A stretch of DNA of 64,000 nucleotides, from NCBI RefSeq assembly GCF_002105155.1, contig NW_019028988.1, positions 124,001 through 188,000 on the forward strand, given 5' to 3'. Shown here piece after piece: positions 44,016-55,313 of the stretch. How positions within the stretch are numbered: the stretch's first letter is position 1; every line of letters begins with the position of its first letter. A program made the translations under genes and the position numbers. Source of the stretch: Lobosporangium transversale (lineage: Eukaryota). The notes under the pieces were generated by a model. It did not search any database. It saw nothing but the letters and a program-made list of their open reading frames with translations, and had not been told where the DNA came from.

Positions 44016-44644
44016 TGTAAATAAATGCAAATGGTAAGAAGTAGGGAGATTATGAGTGGATGAGTGAAGCAGGAATAGTTTTGTTGTAGATTGAGGATTT
44101 TTATGCCAGTATTTATTCAAGGACTGTTGCCATGTTTAAGCGCTAAATGCTGAGTTGACTCTCTGCAAACTTTGATCAAGGTTAATTAGAGATGATTGTT
44201 ATGATTATTATTGGCTCATGAGTTCCAAGGCCGATATTTTCGAGTCTTGAAGCCAAAGAGATTGTTGCCAGACAGAACTTTTTATTAAAGTCTCGCCTGA
44301 CCGTCACACCATGTTCTAACCTAATGAATAAAAATGAAAGTGCCCCTGAGGTGCTTGCCTCGATACGCAACACACATCGCTTTCAGAGGCCAGGTGGCTC
44401 CATGGGGCTACTTAGAGTCACAATCATCCACAATCATCAATGATATTATTATAAATCTATCTGCGGATGGAGAGCGTGACAAAAATCGGAATTTCACGAA
44501 CCTTTTTCAGCAAGTGGTGTTTGAAAGCTGTATCATTGGGCTTTATTGTGCATCTTTAGACCGGTGTCAATATTGCCAAAAGTTCCGACTTCTGAAAGGA
44601 ATGTAAAAAAACAACCCGGGCAACCATTTGCCAGTGCTTCAGCC

Positions 44645-46197
44645 TTATTCGCGACGACGTATGAAATACGAAGGGCGAGTATATTTCAGATCTTGGGGTT
44701 CTTGGGGTGAAGGCCCAGGAGGCGAAGCCTGACGCCCACGAACCGCCTCTGCCACGCGCTGTACAAGCGGCTACGAGTAACAAGAAAACATTGAGCTGAT
44801 TAATAATAGATCTAATTTATAATGCAATGTGGATCAAAGCTCGAACATGACAAGGGTACCTGCACGTCTTCCAGAATCCCAAGCCCACCACACATCCGTG
44901 AGAAAGTTGATCTATCGGTGGGCAAATGCATCCGACCAACTTCCTTCGGGATGTATAGTGCCTCGGACCTCAACTCCATCATGTAAAATCTCATTGCTGT
45001 ACCTAAAACGCATTGGCTTTATAGTGTTAAAAAACATATATATGTGCATACGTAAAATACAGATATTTGAAACCTACTTTGGACAAGCACACCAACAACC
45101 ACTGGGTTATTGATGTTACCCCAGACCATCTTGTTTAAAGACAGCTTCATCATGGAGAGCAGCTTGAGATAATCAAACGATAGGAGTTTCCCAGCCTTGA
45201 TCCCAGGTTTTTTCACTTCCACGAGGAGAACTGGAAAGTCATCTACCCGTGCGATGATGTCGGGTCGGAATTCTTCCAGACTGGCATCCAGGGATGGCAT
45301 CTCCTCGAGGCGAGAATCTCTAGCAGATGTTAAGACATAAATCGAGCGTTAAACGATTTTAGGGGAAACTTTGCCGGTTGGCAGATACTTATAAATGAAT
45401 TCGTGATTACATGGCAATTGTTGCTCCCAATCCATGCAGGAGCGTCTCAATTACAGGAGTAACGAAGAAATGCTGGTATGTCGCTTCATTGAGCGATTGG
45501 CCTTTCTTGGTCCCCCATATTCGATCGGTACAGGTCATATTCTGGATTACCTTGAACGTGAGCGAATTTCTGACAGCATTTGGTGCCTTGGAAAGCTTAT
45601 CCTGGAAATGCTGATAATCCTGGGTACCCGCAGTTCGGGTTCATCCTTTAAGGAAACTGCAATGTTCCTCGGGTATCCTGGTTACTTTCCTGGTCCCAAA
45701 TATCTCTCCAAGAACCTGGTCACTAACCAGCGATTTAAGAATTGATTTCGAAAAGATAAAGTTGAGAGTTCTAGAGATATTACGGCAAGGGAGTTTTTAA
45801 TATAAGTATCAACTCCGCATTCCACGCTCTACGAACACAGTTGCGAACACAGTTGCGAACACAGTGACATACAATAACTCATCAGCTTTTTTCAAAGTCG
45901 CTTCTTTCTTCACAAATATTTCCCGCGCCTCCATTGCCTTCAACGAAACATCTACGTTATTAATAATCAAGTGTTCATGGGAAAGGCGGCAAGATGTTGT
46001 TCCTCGGCCGACGAGATTCGTAACAATAGAGAGTCCCTATTAGTTGCATGTTAGTTGCATATTAGTTGGCAGTTCAATGTTTTTGGAATGCTATTTCAGC
46101 ACTTGGCAATCTAATTGAAAGGGAGAGAACACACTTTTGAAGAGTTGCTCTTTTTCTTATTGGCAGTAATTTTATTGGCAGTAGTGAATTTAGGCAT
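44645..46197 (-). pseudogene. Transposon cargo: spliced PD-(D/E)xK nuclease-like gene with one in-frame TGA at 45643-45641
   Basis: Exons join to HEHLIINNVDVSLKAMEARE...DELL|TLNFIF...NEATYQHFFVTPVIETLL...|...FRPDIIARVDDFPVLLVEVKKP...DYLKLLSMMKLSLN...VVGVLVQ|...FYMMELRSEALYIP...|...YTRPSYFIRRRE*. Candidate ATG at 46197 with TATAAAA about 60 nt upstream; the first exon is uncertain. Confidence 0.7.
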
Positions 46198-46320
46198 GTT
46201 GAAGAAAATGTTGATTGAGAGTGTTGGATAATTGGATAATGGGTGATTCAGCTCTTTTTATAAATAGTGCAGCGTTTATCTTTTGGAACGGTAAAGCACG
46301 GAGCTCTCGGGACAGCATAA

Positions 46321-46587
46321 TGTAATGCAATGCACACAAAGTGCCATCCATGAGGAGTACTTTTAGACTTGGTTTTTCACATTCCCAGCCCCCCGGAAAA
46401 AGTAATAAAGTGACGAGCTGTAGATTTATTAAATGTTATATATCGAATAAGTATGAGGGAGTGAGTGGTGAGTGAACAACAAAGGCCAAACATTCTTGTC
46501 CATGTGCGGCTGCGGATGCTCCGGATCCTCCTTCTTTTGTCTTGTATGTTATAATATTGATAATAGTAATAATATGATTATTAATAT

Positions 46588-46626
<39 letters not shown>

Positions 46627-47474
46627 AGAATCGAGTACTGGCAAAATGTTATATCAGCTGTAGACTGAAAAAATGTTGAGGTGGTTACTATTATGGCAAT
46701 TGACAGCGAGAATGACAGAGGCGACAGTGAAAAGGATCAAGACTTGCTCCATCTCGAAGCAGACAGAAAACCAACTGCAGAGACAGCGCTGGTCACTAAC
46801 AATCATCACCATGGCGAAGATGGTGGGATTTTGCCACCGCGAAGATGGCTGTTAAACTCTCCCTGCCCTAAGGGTAGAGAGGGACCAATGCAGCTGCAAC
46901 TGTGTCTGCTGCTTGAGAAAGAGTTTGGACGTCCAGCCTGTAGAATTGCTTCTTGCTTGCGGAGGGCCTCGAAGCAGACAGAAAACCAACTGCAGAGACA
47001 GCGCTGGTCACTAACAATCATCACCATGGCGAAGATGGTGGGATTTTGCCACCGCGAAGATGGCTGTTAAACTCTCCCTGCCCTAAGGGTAGAGAGGGAC
47101 CAATGCAGCTGCAGCTGTGTCTGTTGCTCGAGAGAGTAGCCGACATCGTGAATAGAACGGACTAGAGAAGAGGGACTTGCTTGATGGCTGATGCTATGAT
47201 TGTGTCGTGTTTGATGATTGACAAAAGAAAAAAAAAAAAATACCACAAGATCTTTTCAAGCTTACGCCATCACCTTCCCTCAGTTGCAATCCCTTCCTTT
47301 AGCTACAATCTCCCTCACTTGCCAGTCACTTACCTGCCCTCCTGCCATGTTTGACATAGAGAGGTCAGCTTACAATAGTATTTTTGAATTGAGAGGCTCT
47401 TAGCCAACCAATGGCCTAGAAATATATCAAATTCGAAATTTGTACAAAAATGTACAATTATCGAGATTCCACTG
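46321..47474 (-). repeat. Right TIR (1,154 bp)
   Basis: Reverse complement of 39974-41133; the ORF track gives mirror-image identical peptides. Confidence 0.95.
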
Positions 47475-47978
47475 TACACCGTGATCGGTACTCGAAGTCC
47501 ATCCTTCCGATGTGGCCTGTTGCGCCCGTGAAAAGCCGCGGAGGCTGGCGTGCCGACTCTAGCTAAGGACGACTTTTAATTTTTTTCTATTCGATCAAAT
47601 CCACTGGCATGTGGACCCAAATCTTGCGGGATTGGTCTGAAATTTCTACTTTGGACTCCGTCAAACTTTGTGATCATCGCTGTCCTAGTCAAGTGGGTGG
47701 ATGGGGGGGATGTGCTGCCAGATGTACCGCTGGTTCGGCTGGGGGGTGGAATATAAACCTAAGACATGTGGCCAGCCAGGCGACTTAGGGTAGTGCACCC
47801 ACGATCTTAGCCTTAGCGGAGAACACTAGGCTGTCTCGGAGAGAAAGTATAAAAACTCAAGCAAATCCCTGACCTGGCACATGTTTGCTTCACTTTATGT
47901 GCCTTAACCAGGACTCGAACCCGGCCCCTGGGCTAGACAGGGGGGTGCCCTGACGAGTATACTACTCAGCCATTGGGC
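47475..47978 (-). mobile_element. SINE copy 2, 5' part with tRNA-derived Pol III head
   Basis: The minus strand begins GCCCAATGGCTGAGTAG (A-box-like) followed by GGGTTCGAGTCC (B box). The body matches 35286-35690. Confidence 0.8.
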
Positions 47979-48111
47979 TTTTCTTTGGCACTTTGTCCAT
48001 TTATGAATTTATCTTTTGGCACTTCGTCCAACTTTTTATTATCATTTTGTTCATTTTTGTCAATCTTTGGGATCATTAACAGATCTTTCCACGTCACATT
48101 ACATCAGAATC

Positions 48112-48183
48112 TCCTAATTGGTCCAGTGGTCAGGATTCCTCGCTTTCACCGAGGCGGCCCGGGTTCGAACCCCGGATTGGGAA
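48112..48183 (+). tRNA. tRNA-Glu (anticodon TTC)
   Basis: 72-nt cloverleaf: acceptor stem TCCTAAT/ATTGGGA, anticodon arm CCTCG-CTTTCAC-CGAGG, T-loop GGTTCGAACC. A T5 Pol III terminator follows at 48187. Confidence 0.96.
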
Positions 48184-48359
48184 CTCTTTTGATAGATTTT
48201 ATTGTCATCGAGTCACGATTGAAAAAAAAAGTGGTTGGATGATGAAAAGTTTTCTTTTTAGAGATGCCGACAAAAAAAAAAAGAACGCCATTTTTATTTA
48301 TTTTTGTTAATAAACCTGAACTTTTATTTATTTTCGCATTATTAGTTGCTCTGTTAAAC

Positions 48360-49270
48360 ATGCTTGGTTTCTATACACGGATCTTGTCCAACTATCCCAT
48401 AGCAACACAAGCTGGCACAACTGGTAAGATTTGAACGATGACCAATTTGGATGATAAGAAATAACTATTAAGATTTTTTTAAAACGTATGCTTTGATCCT
48501 CCAAGGGATGTTATTTGGTACTGGAGATTTAATAGCTCAATTCCTGATCGAACATCAGAATAAAGTTGTCGTATCTCATGATCGGTTGAAAAGTACTGAC
48601 ACAAGCATCGGCATGCAAAGCTGGGATAAGGCCAGGACTGCAAGAATGATGTTGTTTGGTACATGTTTTGCAGGGCCAGTCCTGCATCAATGGTATAAAT
48701 TTCTGGACAAAACCATCCGTCTTTCCACGCCTGTTCAGTCTTTATTAGGTCGTGTTGCTGTGGACCAGATCTTTTTTGCGCCTTGTTTCATTGCCTCGTT
48801 CTTTGTCGGTCAGGGCTTGCTGGCCGATGAGGGCCAGCAAGTGATTCTGAACAAGCTGAAAAAGGTAATGCTTGATTCTTTGTCTGAAATTAGATCCAGC
48901 GGAACCGACCAGTTTAAATCTGAACATGATTATGAAAGATAACCAAAAATTTGTGGTCGTATCTCACATTAGGGATATCCCGAAGCCCTGAAGAGCAACT
49001 ACATGGTGTGGCCCGCGGTCCAATGCCTAAACTTTTGGCTCGTACCCCTACAACACCGACTCATGGTAGTTAACACATTTGCCTTGGGTAAGAAAACACA
49101 GTGTCACTTATATCACTCTACTTTTAATTAAGCATAGGCTTATTACCCAGTTTGGCTTGATGGATATGGCAAAAACTCATTTCGCATTTTTTGTTTCTGC
49201 CACCCTAGGTTGGAATACATATCTCTCTCACGTTAACCAAACCACGCGTTCATCTATCCATAATGAGTGA
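48360..49270 (+). CDS. SYM1: Mpv17/PMP22-family membrane protein (Sym1-like); exons 48360-48423, 48506-48864, 48973-49087, 49209-49270
   Basis: YPIATQAGTTGMLFGTGDLIAQ, WDKARTARM, RVAVDQIFFAP, NYMVWPAVQCLNFWLVP and LGWNTYLS. Confidence 0.9.
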
Positions 49271-49752
49271 TGCAATAAAACAATGAAAAGCAACAACTCC
49301 AATGACCACCTTGGTTATTCTGTTTATGGAAGTGTATTTAGAGATCGTTTGGGCCTCCTCGGGGGTTAATATTTGTTTATCAATGATCGACATTTAAAAT
49401 ATCAGATTGTTACAAGTCAAGTGTGTGGTTTTAAAAGACATGTGAAAACGCGTACCACCAGTGTCTTTCAAATGCTCCGCTAACACAATGAAGCACTGTC
49501 AACACAGCAATCCTTTAAATGACTGCCAGTTCCCCACTTACACCTGAACTCTCTTCAGATTCCCTTTATTTTAAAATATGTCTTTCTTGAAGACACTACT
49601 TCACTACTTTTAAACAAGTTCGTTCGTATAATCTTAATTTGCAAATCCCCCTTTCTTTGTCCCAACTTTCTCGCAAACCTTCTTTCAACAAGCCCTTTAA
49701 AAACAGGGTTCTAATCTACTTCTAAATTGTGCTTATTTGTATTTTCTAAGCA

Positions 49753-51399
49753 ATGAACGAAGTACGACGAAAACTACATAAACAGCGCGACATTCTAAAT
49801 CAAACACTTCGAGAAGCAGATGGGAATTTCGAAGTCGCATCAACAACCACTGATTTTTTGGGCCTTTCCTCTCGATCTCCGTGGGAGAAATGCTCCAAAA
49901 CATCAATCGCGAAACTTGTCCCTGGTATCAACCGAGGGGTGTTCATTGATGTCGTAGTTACCATTGAGCCCGCTATAATGGTTGGAGTCATGACCTGTGT
50001 GCAGGATAGTTCGGGGTTTGTGGAGTTGTCGCTATACAACTGGCTCCCACGTACGTATATCAAATCGCTAAGCGACCTCGACTGGGCCATGCCTCTGGGA
50101 GCTCGCATCCGCATCCGTGAACCATACCTTAAATGCTCAGCGCCCAATCCAATGGCCATATTCACGGGATGCTTTGTCCAAAACATTTTCATTCGAGTTG
50201 ACGACCCAGATGACATAAAGTTCCATCCAAACCAACCAACGCCGGATTTCGCAGACCGGTTCAAGAATAATGTCAGCGCCATTTTGTCTCCTCAAACTAC
50301 ACGCAGTCCCCCCACAGGCTTTGAACGATGCTTTGCTAACTTCTTAGCGAATGTTGAAGTGCGACCGTCGGCCACAGGAGAAGGTCTTTTTGCGACAAAA
50401 CATATAAAGAAGGATGAGATTGTCCTCACTGAGAAAGCAATCGTTGCCGCAGAGAGTCGATATGGGTTTGCATTCCAGTCAGACAAAAGAGAATACCAAG
50501 ATATCAACACCTATGCGTTGTACGAAGAGTTGGCTTTCCTCAACAGATGCTCAAGCGGCGAGATATATTTGCGTGTTGTGAGTCACCTTTTTCCCGCAAA
50601 TATAAATCCCGAGTCCAAGTCGACTCTACTTAGCATCCATGAAGTTGTGCAATCTAATACATTCTCGGGCAGAACACACGACGAATTTATTAAAGCTTCA
50701 ACCAAACCACCCTCTCCAGGAGAAGAACCAAAAAAGGGTGGTAGAAGTGGGTTGTGGAATTTGACGTCAAAGATGAATCACGATTGTGCCCCGAATACAT
50801 ATTCGTCAATTGTAGATGATGTGATGTACGTGTTCGCACGACAGGACATTCCTGCGGGGGCAGAGCTACTAACACGGTATTTCGATATTGGAGTTGAATT
50901 CCCAAGGAAATTTGGCTTACGTGGGGAAGAGCGTTTCTTCAAGTGCAACTGTGCAACATGTGTTGAGTGGCAAGGTCGTCGGAACAAATCAGACATCGAG
51001 GCAATACTAGCTGCTCCGAGTGTAGCGCAGATAGAGAAAATTTGCCACATGCGCCACATCGACCTAGAGAACGGACTCAGCAAGCAGGATGTCTACATTC
51101 TCAGGGCTCCAATCTTTCAAGTGGCCCAGGATTTAATGCTCAAAAATCCACAACGTGCTATGAAGTTGTTGTATAATCTCCTTGTTGCTCTGCGAAAATT
51201 CGATGGGGAAATGGCGATGGCTATCCAAGTTCATCTTGCCATTACCGAAACAGCAATGATATTATTCCAAATGAAACTCGCGAAAACAAATTTGAAAGAA
51301 GCCTTCGACATGTACCGAAGATGTTTTAAGGGGTCAAAGGATCAATTTAAAATACGCTTTCCATATATTGATTCGTATCCAAAATACGTTCTTCCTTAG
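49753..51399 (+). CDS. Intronless SET-domain lysine methyltransferase (SMYD-like), 548 aa
   Basis: GEGLFATKHIKKDEIVLTEKA, SKMNHDCAPN, VFARQDIPAGAELLTRY and post-SET FKCNCATC. Confidence 0.88.
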   Translation: MNEVRRKLHKQRDILNQTLREADGNFEVASTTTDFLGLSSRSPWEKCSKTSIAKLVPGINRGVFIDVVVTIEPAIMVGVMTCVQDSSGFVELSLYNWLPRTYIKSLSDLDWAMPLGARIRIREPYLKCSAPNPMAIFTGCFVQNIFIRVDDPDDIKFHPNQPTPDFADRFKNNVSAILSPQTTRSPPTGFERCFANFLANVEVRPSATGEGLFATKHIKKDEIVLTEKAIVAAESRYGFAFQSDKREYQDINTYALYEELAFLNRCSSGEIYLRVVSHLFPANINPESKSTLLSIHEVVQSNTFSGRTHDEFIKASTKPPSPGEEPKKGGRSGLWNLTSKMNHDCAPNTYSSIVDDVMYVFARQDIPAGAELLTRYFDIGVEFPRKFGLRGEERFFKCNCATCVEWQGRRNKSDIEAILAAPSVAQIEKICHMRHIDLENGLSKQDVYILRAPIFQVAQDLMLKNPQRAMKLLYNLLVALRKFDGEMAMAIQVHLAITETAMILFQMKLAKTNLKEAFDMYRRCFKGSKDQFKIRFPYIDSYPKYVLP

Positions 51400-51633
51400 T
51401 CAAATGCAACAATTTTGTTCATCTATCCATAATGAGAGACACAATAAAACAATAAAAAGCAGGACATATTGAGTATTCTGTTTTATGAAAGAAGTGTATT
51501 TAATATGTAATATGTGAATGCAATAAGCACCCGAGTAATTTCTACGGATAAAATGAGTGATTGAGTTGGTGCCCTTTCCCCTCCTGCCCTTTCTTCCTGT
51601 CGTCTGTAAAAAATAAAAAAAGTTCCGGTTTGT

Positions 51634-53509
51634 TTAGAAGTGATGGGTCTCCTCTGGTTCACGTCCGCGCAAGAATGGAATACCAGCCTCCTTCTTGTAA
51701 ACTTGCTCCCAGAATGCCTTCAATTCAGGCTCAGGCGAGGCCTTAGATTCTTCGACAGCCTTGTCAACCTCAGCACGAGCATTTTTGTCAATGGCCTTAA
51801 GTTCATCCTCAGAAACAACGTTGAGCTCCAGGAGGCGCTGCTTCAAGCCAGTGATGGGATCGTTATTGGAGCGCATATGCTGGATCTCCTCACGAGTACG
51901 GTAGGTAGTGCCGGGATCGGACATGGAATGACCGCCATAACGGTAGGTTTCCATCTCAAGTAGTAGGGGGCCCTTTCCAGAAGTAGTCCATTCCTTGGCA
52001 TAGGCGCAAGCCTGATGAACAGCTAGAACATCCATACCATTGACCTTGAGGCATGTAGAAAATAATGAAAAAAATAAATAAATAAATTTGAGGTACAAAA
52101 TGTCTGTAGGTATTCATATTACTAAAATTACTAATCAAATATGTACCTTCACACCAGGGATGTAGTCACCGCGCTTGAAGTAGCTGGTGTTAGCGGAGGA
52201 GCGACTGGCAGAGGTACCCATTCCATAGCGGTTGTTTTCGCAGACAAAGACACAGGGAAGATCCCAAAGCTTGGCCATATTATAGGCCTCAAAGACCTGA
52301 CCTTGGTTGGAAGCACCATCACCATACAGAGCAAATGTGGAAGCATTATGACCAAGGTACTTTTGAGCAAAAGCGATACCGGCTCCTAAGGGGACCTGAG
52401 CGCCGACGATTCCGTTACCACCAAAGAAGTTAGGGGTGAACATATGCATGGAGCCACCCTTTCCAGCTGAGATACCAGCTTTACGTCCAAGAAGCTCAGC
52501 CAAGATAGAAGTAATAGAGGCACCACGCATATAGGTGAAGCCGTGGCAGCGATAGGCGGTGATGATCTTATCATCAGGGGTCAAGGCAGTTTCCATACCA
52601 ACGGCAACGGCTTCCTGTTATTATTATTTATGTTAAGAGATTGAGATAGAGGTACGAGGAATAGGAAGGTAATGAGTTCAGGTTTTCAGCGCAAGTCAAA
52701 GCCTTTTCCTTCCTTTTCTTTTGGATTGTTTTCTCCACCAAGTGACAAGAACTTGGCAAGTGGTTTAATGAACATAACAAAAACCAGTTTTCTTTGAAGT
52801 AATTAATGACAAAAGGCAGGTGACCAGATCAATGACAAAAGACGCATTGTATCTTACCTGACCAGTACACAAGTGGCAGAAACCACGGATGAGCTTGGCC
52901 TTGTAAAGGGCATCTGAGGCCATCTCCATGCGTCTCATGATAACCATACTGTGGTACATTTTGACGAGTTCCTCCTTGGAGATGTTGACCTCCAGAGAAG
53001 GAGTATCGCAGTTGTAGGTCTCAAATGAGGCTTTGTGGAGTGTGATGTTAACATTGCGTGCAATAGAGGACGAGGCAAATGTTCGGACAGTCTACGAGCA
53101 AAAGATGAAGGTGACGTGGGTTTAACAGTCAGCTAGTGCGATAAGTTGGTACCACCTGTTGTCGCTGATAGAACACGTTCATAGTCCGATTGCAATGCTC
53201 CTTGTCCTATCTCTTGCGTTAACCAACAAATGAATAAAAACCAGTCTCTCTCTCTCTTTTTTTTTTTTTTTTCTATCATCCTTCGTGTTGAATGCCAAGG
53301 TTATTATTGTTCGTTCTGTATACAGAAAATGGCAGTAGTAACACTTTTTGAAGAGTGAAAAACGCGTTTTTTTTTTTTTTTTTGAAAAGGCTGATGAGTT
53401 GGTGTTCCCTGAATTCCTACGAATGTATTGTTGATCTGGTCGTCCATTATGGTTCCTACGATTAATGCTGTGCGGATATGGAGGTGGTGTGTACAATGAA
53501 AGTGAAGAG

Positions 53510-53542
<33 letters not shown>

Positions 53543-53604
53543 ACAGGAGTAATAAAGGCTCTAGCAGCGACCTTGGCAAGACTGATCCTTTTAGAAGACA
53601 ACAT
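51634..53604 (-). CDS. PDA1: Pyruvate dehydrogenase E1 alpha subunit; exons 53604-53542, 53091-52858, 52614-52147, 52044-51634
   Basis: [34 protein letters not shown] motif [10 protein letters not shown]...CENN and [12 protein letters not shown]; Arg/Ser-rich mitochondrial presequence. Confidence 0.97.
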
Positions 53605-54612
53605 GGTGAATGTAAAAGAGAATATGTGTATAGAAGAGAATAAGGGAGAAGCGATGGAATGAGAGAAGAGAAGAAAAGAAAGAAAAAGCGGCCAAGGGAA
53701 AGAAAGAAGGAAGAGAACGGGTTTGATAGACAGTAGAGGGTCTCATTGTGATGGGGTTGGTTCGTGTGGGTCTTTTTTTCCACGCCCGCCCAAAAAAAAC
53801 GACCATGATAAGATCGCGGTGTAAACTCTGTGCAAGGAGATGTGGAGGGAAAAATTATAAAAAACAGTCTAAATCAGAAATACTCGGGCACGCTCCCATC
53901 AAATTTATTTCCAAGAACCATCCATTGCAAGTCCAATAACATGACAGAAGACTAAAGCAATCTTCTTCTCTTTTTCTAAATGTTAAAAACAGGAGGAACT
54001 GTTACCACATCTTGTAGAGGTATAGAGGCCTTGACATGCTGGTATAGTCTCTAGACATGGTGTAGCTATTGATATTCCATTGAGAAATACAGATTGCCCA
54101 TGAATTCTAGATTAATATTGCAGAAGTCAGAAACAGGCATCCAATACAAAAAAAGAGAGCACTGATTAACTGCGGGCAATTCACTCCGCTCTATTCACTT
54201 TCACTTTTTTAAAATGGCTGAGTTTCGATTATATTATACATTTTGATTAGGAGTGATAAGGTTGTTCACTATTTCTTACTGTAAGAACTTTCATTATGGC
54301 ATTATAAATATATAGATATATATTCCATATATAAATATATATATATATGTCTAGAAGTAACTCTTGTGGCCAGGGTTTTCTACACAGTGTTGGCATTCAA
54401 CGATTTTTGTGTGTCCCAGCCTCAATTTACCGCTCCACAGCAAATGCGGGCATCATATCTCGAAGCAGTACATGTGGGATGTAGGACAATTCGTGTTGTG
54501 CATGCACAACCTTTTCATTTTAAGTTATGTCTTCAAGGGTAAACCCGTGGGTTTACGAACTTGGAAATGTGTGCTTTCTTCCTGCTTCTCCCGTATCCTA
54601 TCCGACGCGTGT

Positions 54613-54643
<31 letters not shown>

Positions 54644-55282
54644 GACTTTGTAAATTCTCCTGCCGCTGATAAAAGCTACACATTTTCCTATATAAAAGCT
54701 ATACTTGAGCTTGCGCTCTAGTGGAAAATTATTTTAGGCAGTTAGTTCAAAGGACGAGATCATAACGTTTGTTGTGTACTGAGAACCAAACCGATACAAT
54801 CAACATAGTCAACACGAGATCATTGATGCCTATGATAATCCAAGTGGTAGCTGTTGAGCAGGAGTCAAGCTCAACATGTTTACAGCAGTGATTATCAGGT
54901 ATTTATTGCTTTAATGGTTGGCAGAATATGCTGCCTGGATCACCATGCATCTCACTAGATGCCGTGTTGTCTTTTAGGGTTATACTGCAGATGAGAGGTC
55001 GGAAAGCCTTGTGCCATGAATTTTATGATATGCCACTTCCTTCATCGACCTTCTTGCCCTAGCGCATTTGAGCTTTGGTAGGTTTACCAACAATAACATG
55101 GTATCAGATCTTGACTATGATATGTTCACTAGCGCCTGTTTAGATTAAACACTTATCCTGCGTACATCTTTGACTTCAAGAGGCTGTTATGCCATACCAC
55201 AGTGGCTTCCGTTTGAAAAGCAGTTTGACTGTACTCTTGTACTCTTGTACTCTTGGTGACATTACCGAGCCCGTTCTCGATT

Positions 55283-55313
<31 letters not shown>

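Larger units (their letters stand above)
39974..47474 (-). mobile_element. 7,501-bp pogo-type Tc1/mariner DNA transposon with ~1.16-kb TIRs, TA TSD and a cargo gene
   Basis: Ends read TA|CAGTGGAATCTCG ... CGAGATTCCACTG|TA, with TA at 39972-39973 and 47475-47476. The empty site CCAATGTACACCGTG is present in the paralogous SINE at about 35279-35293. An internal DDE_1 transposase is present. Confidence 0.95.

Noticed and set aside
45833..45866. GAACACAGTTGC tandem repeat, about 3 units
   Set aside because: Short slippage repeat within an intron of the cargo gene.
47905..47978. Functional tRNA gene on the minus strand
   Set aside because: A and B boxes are present but there is no convincing anticodon arm, and the sequence runs directly into a repeated body with a poly(A) tail, so it is called a SINE head.
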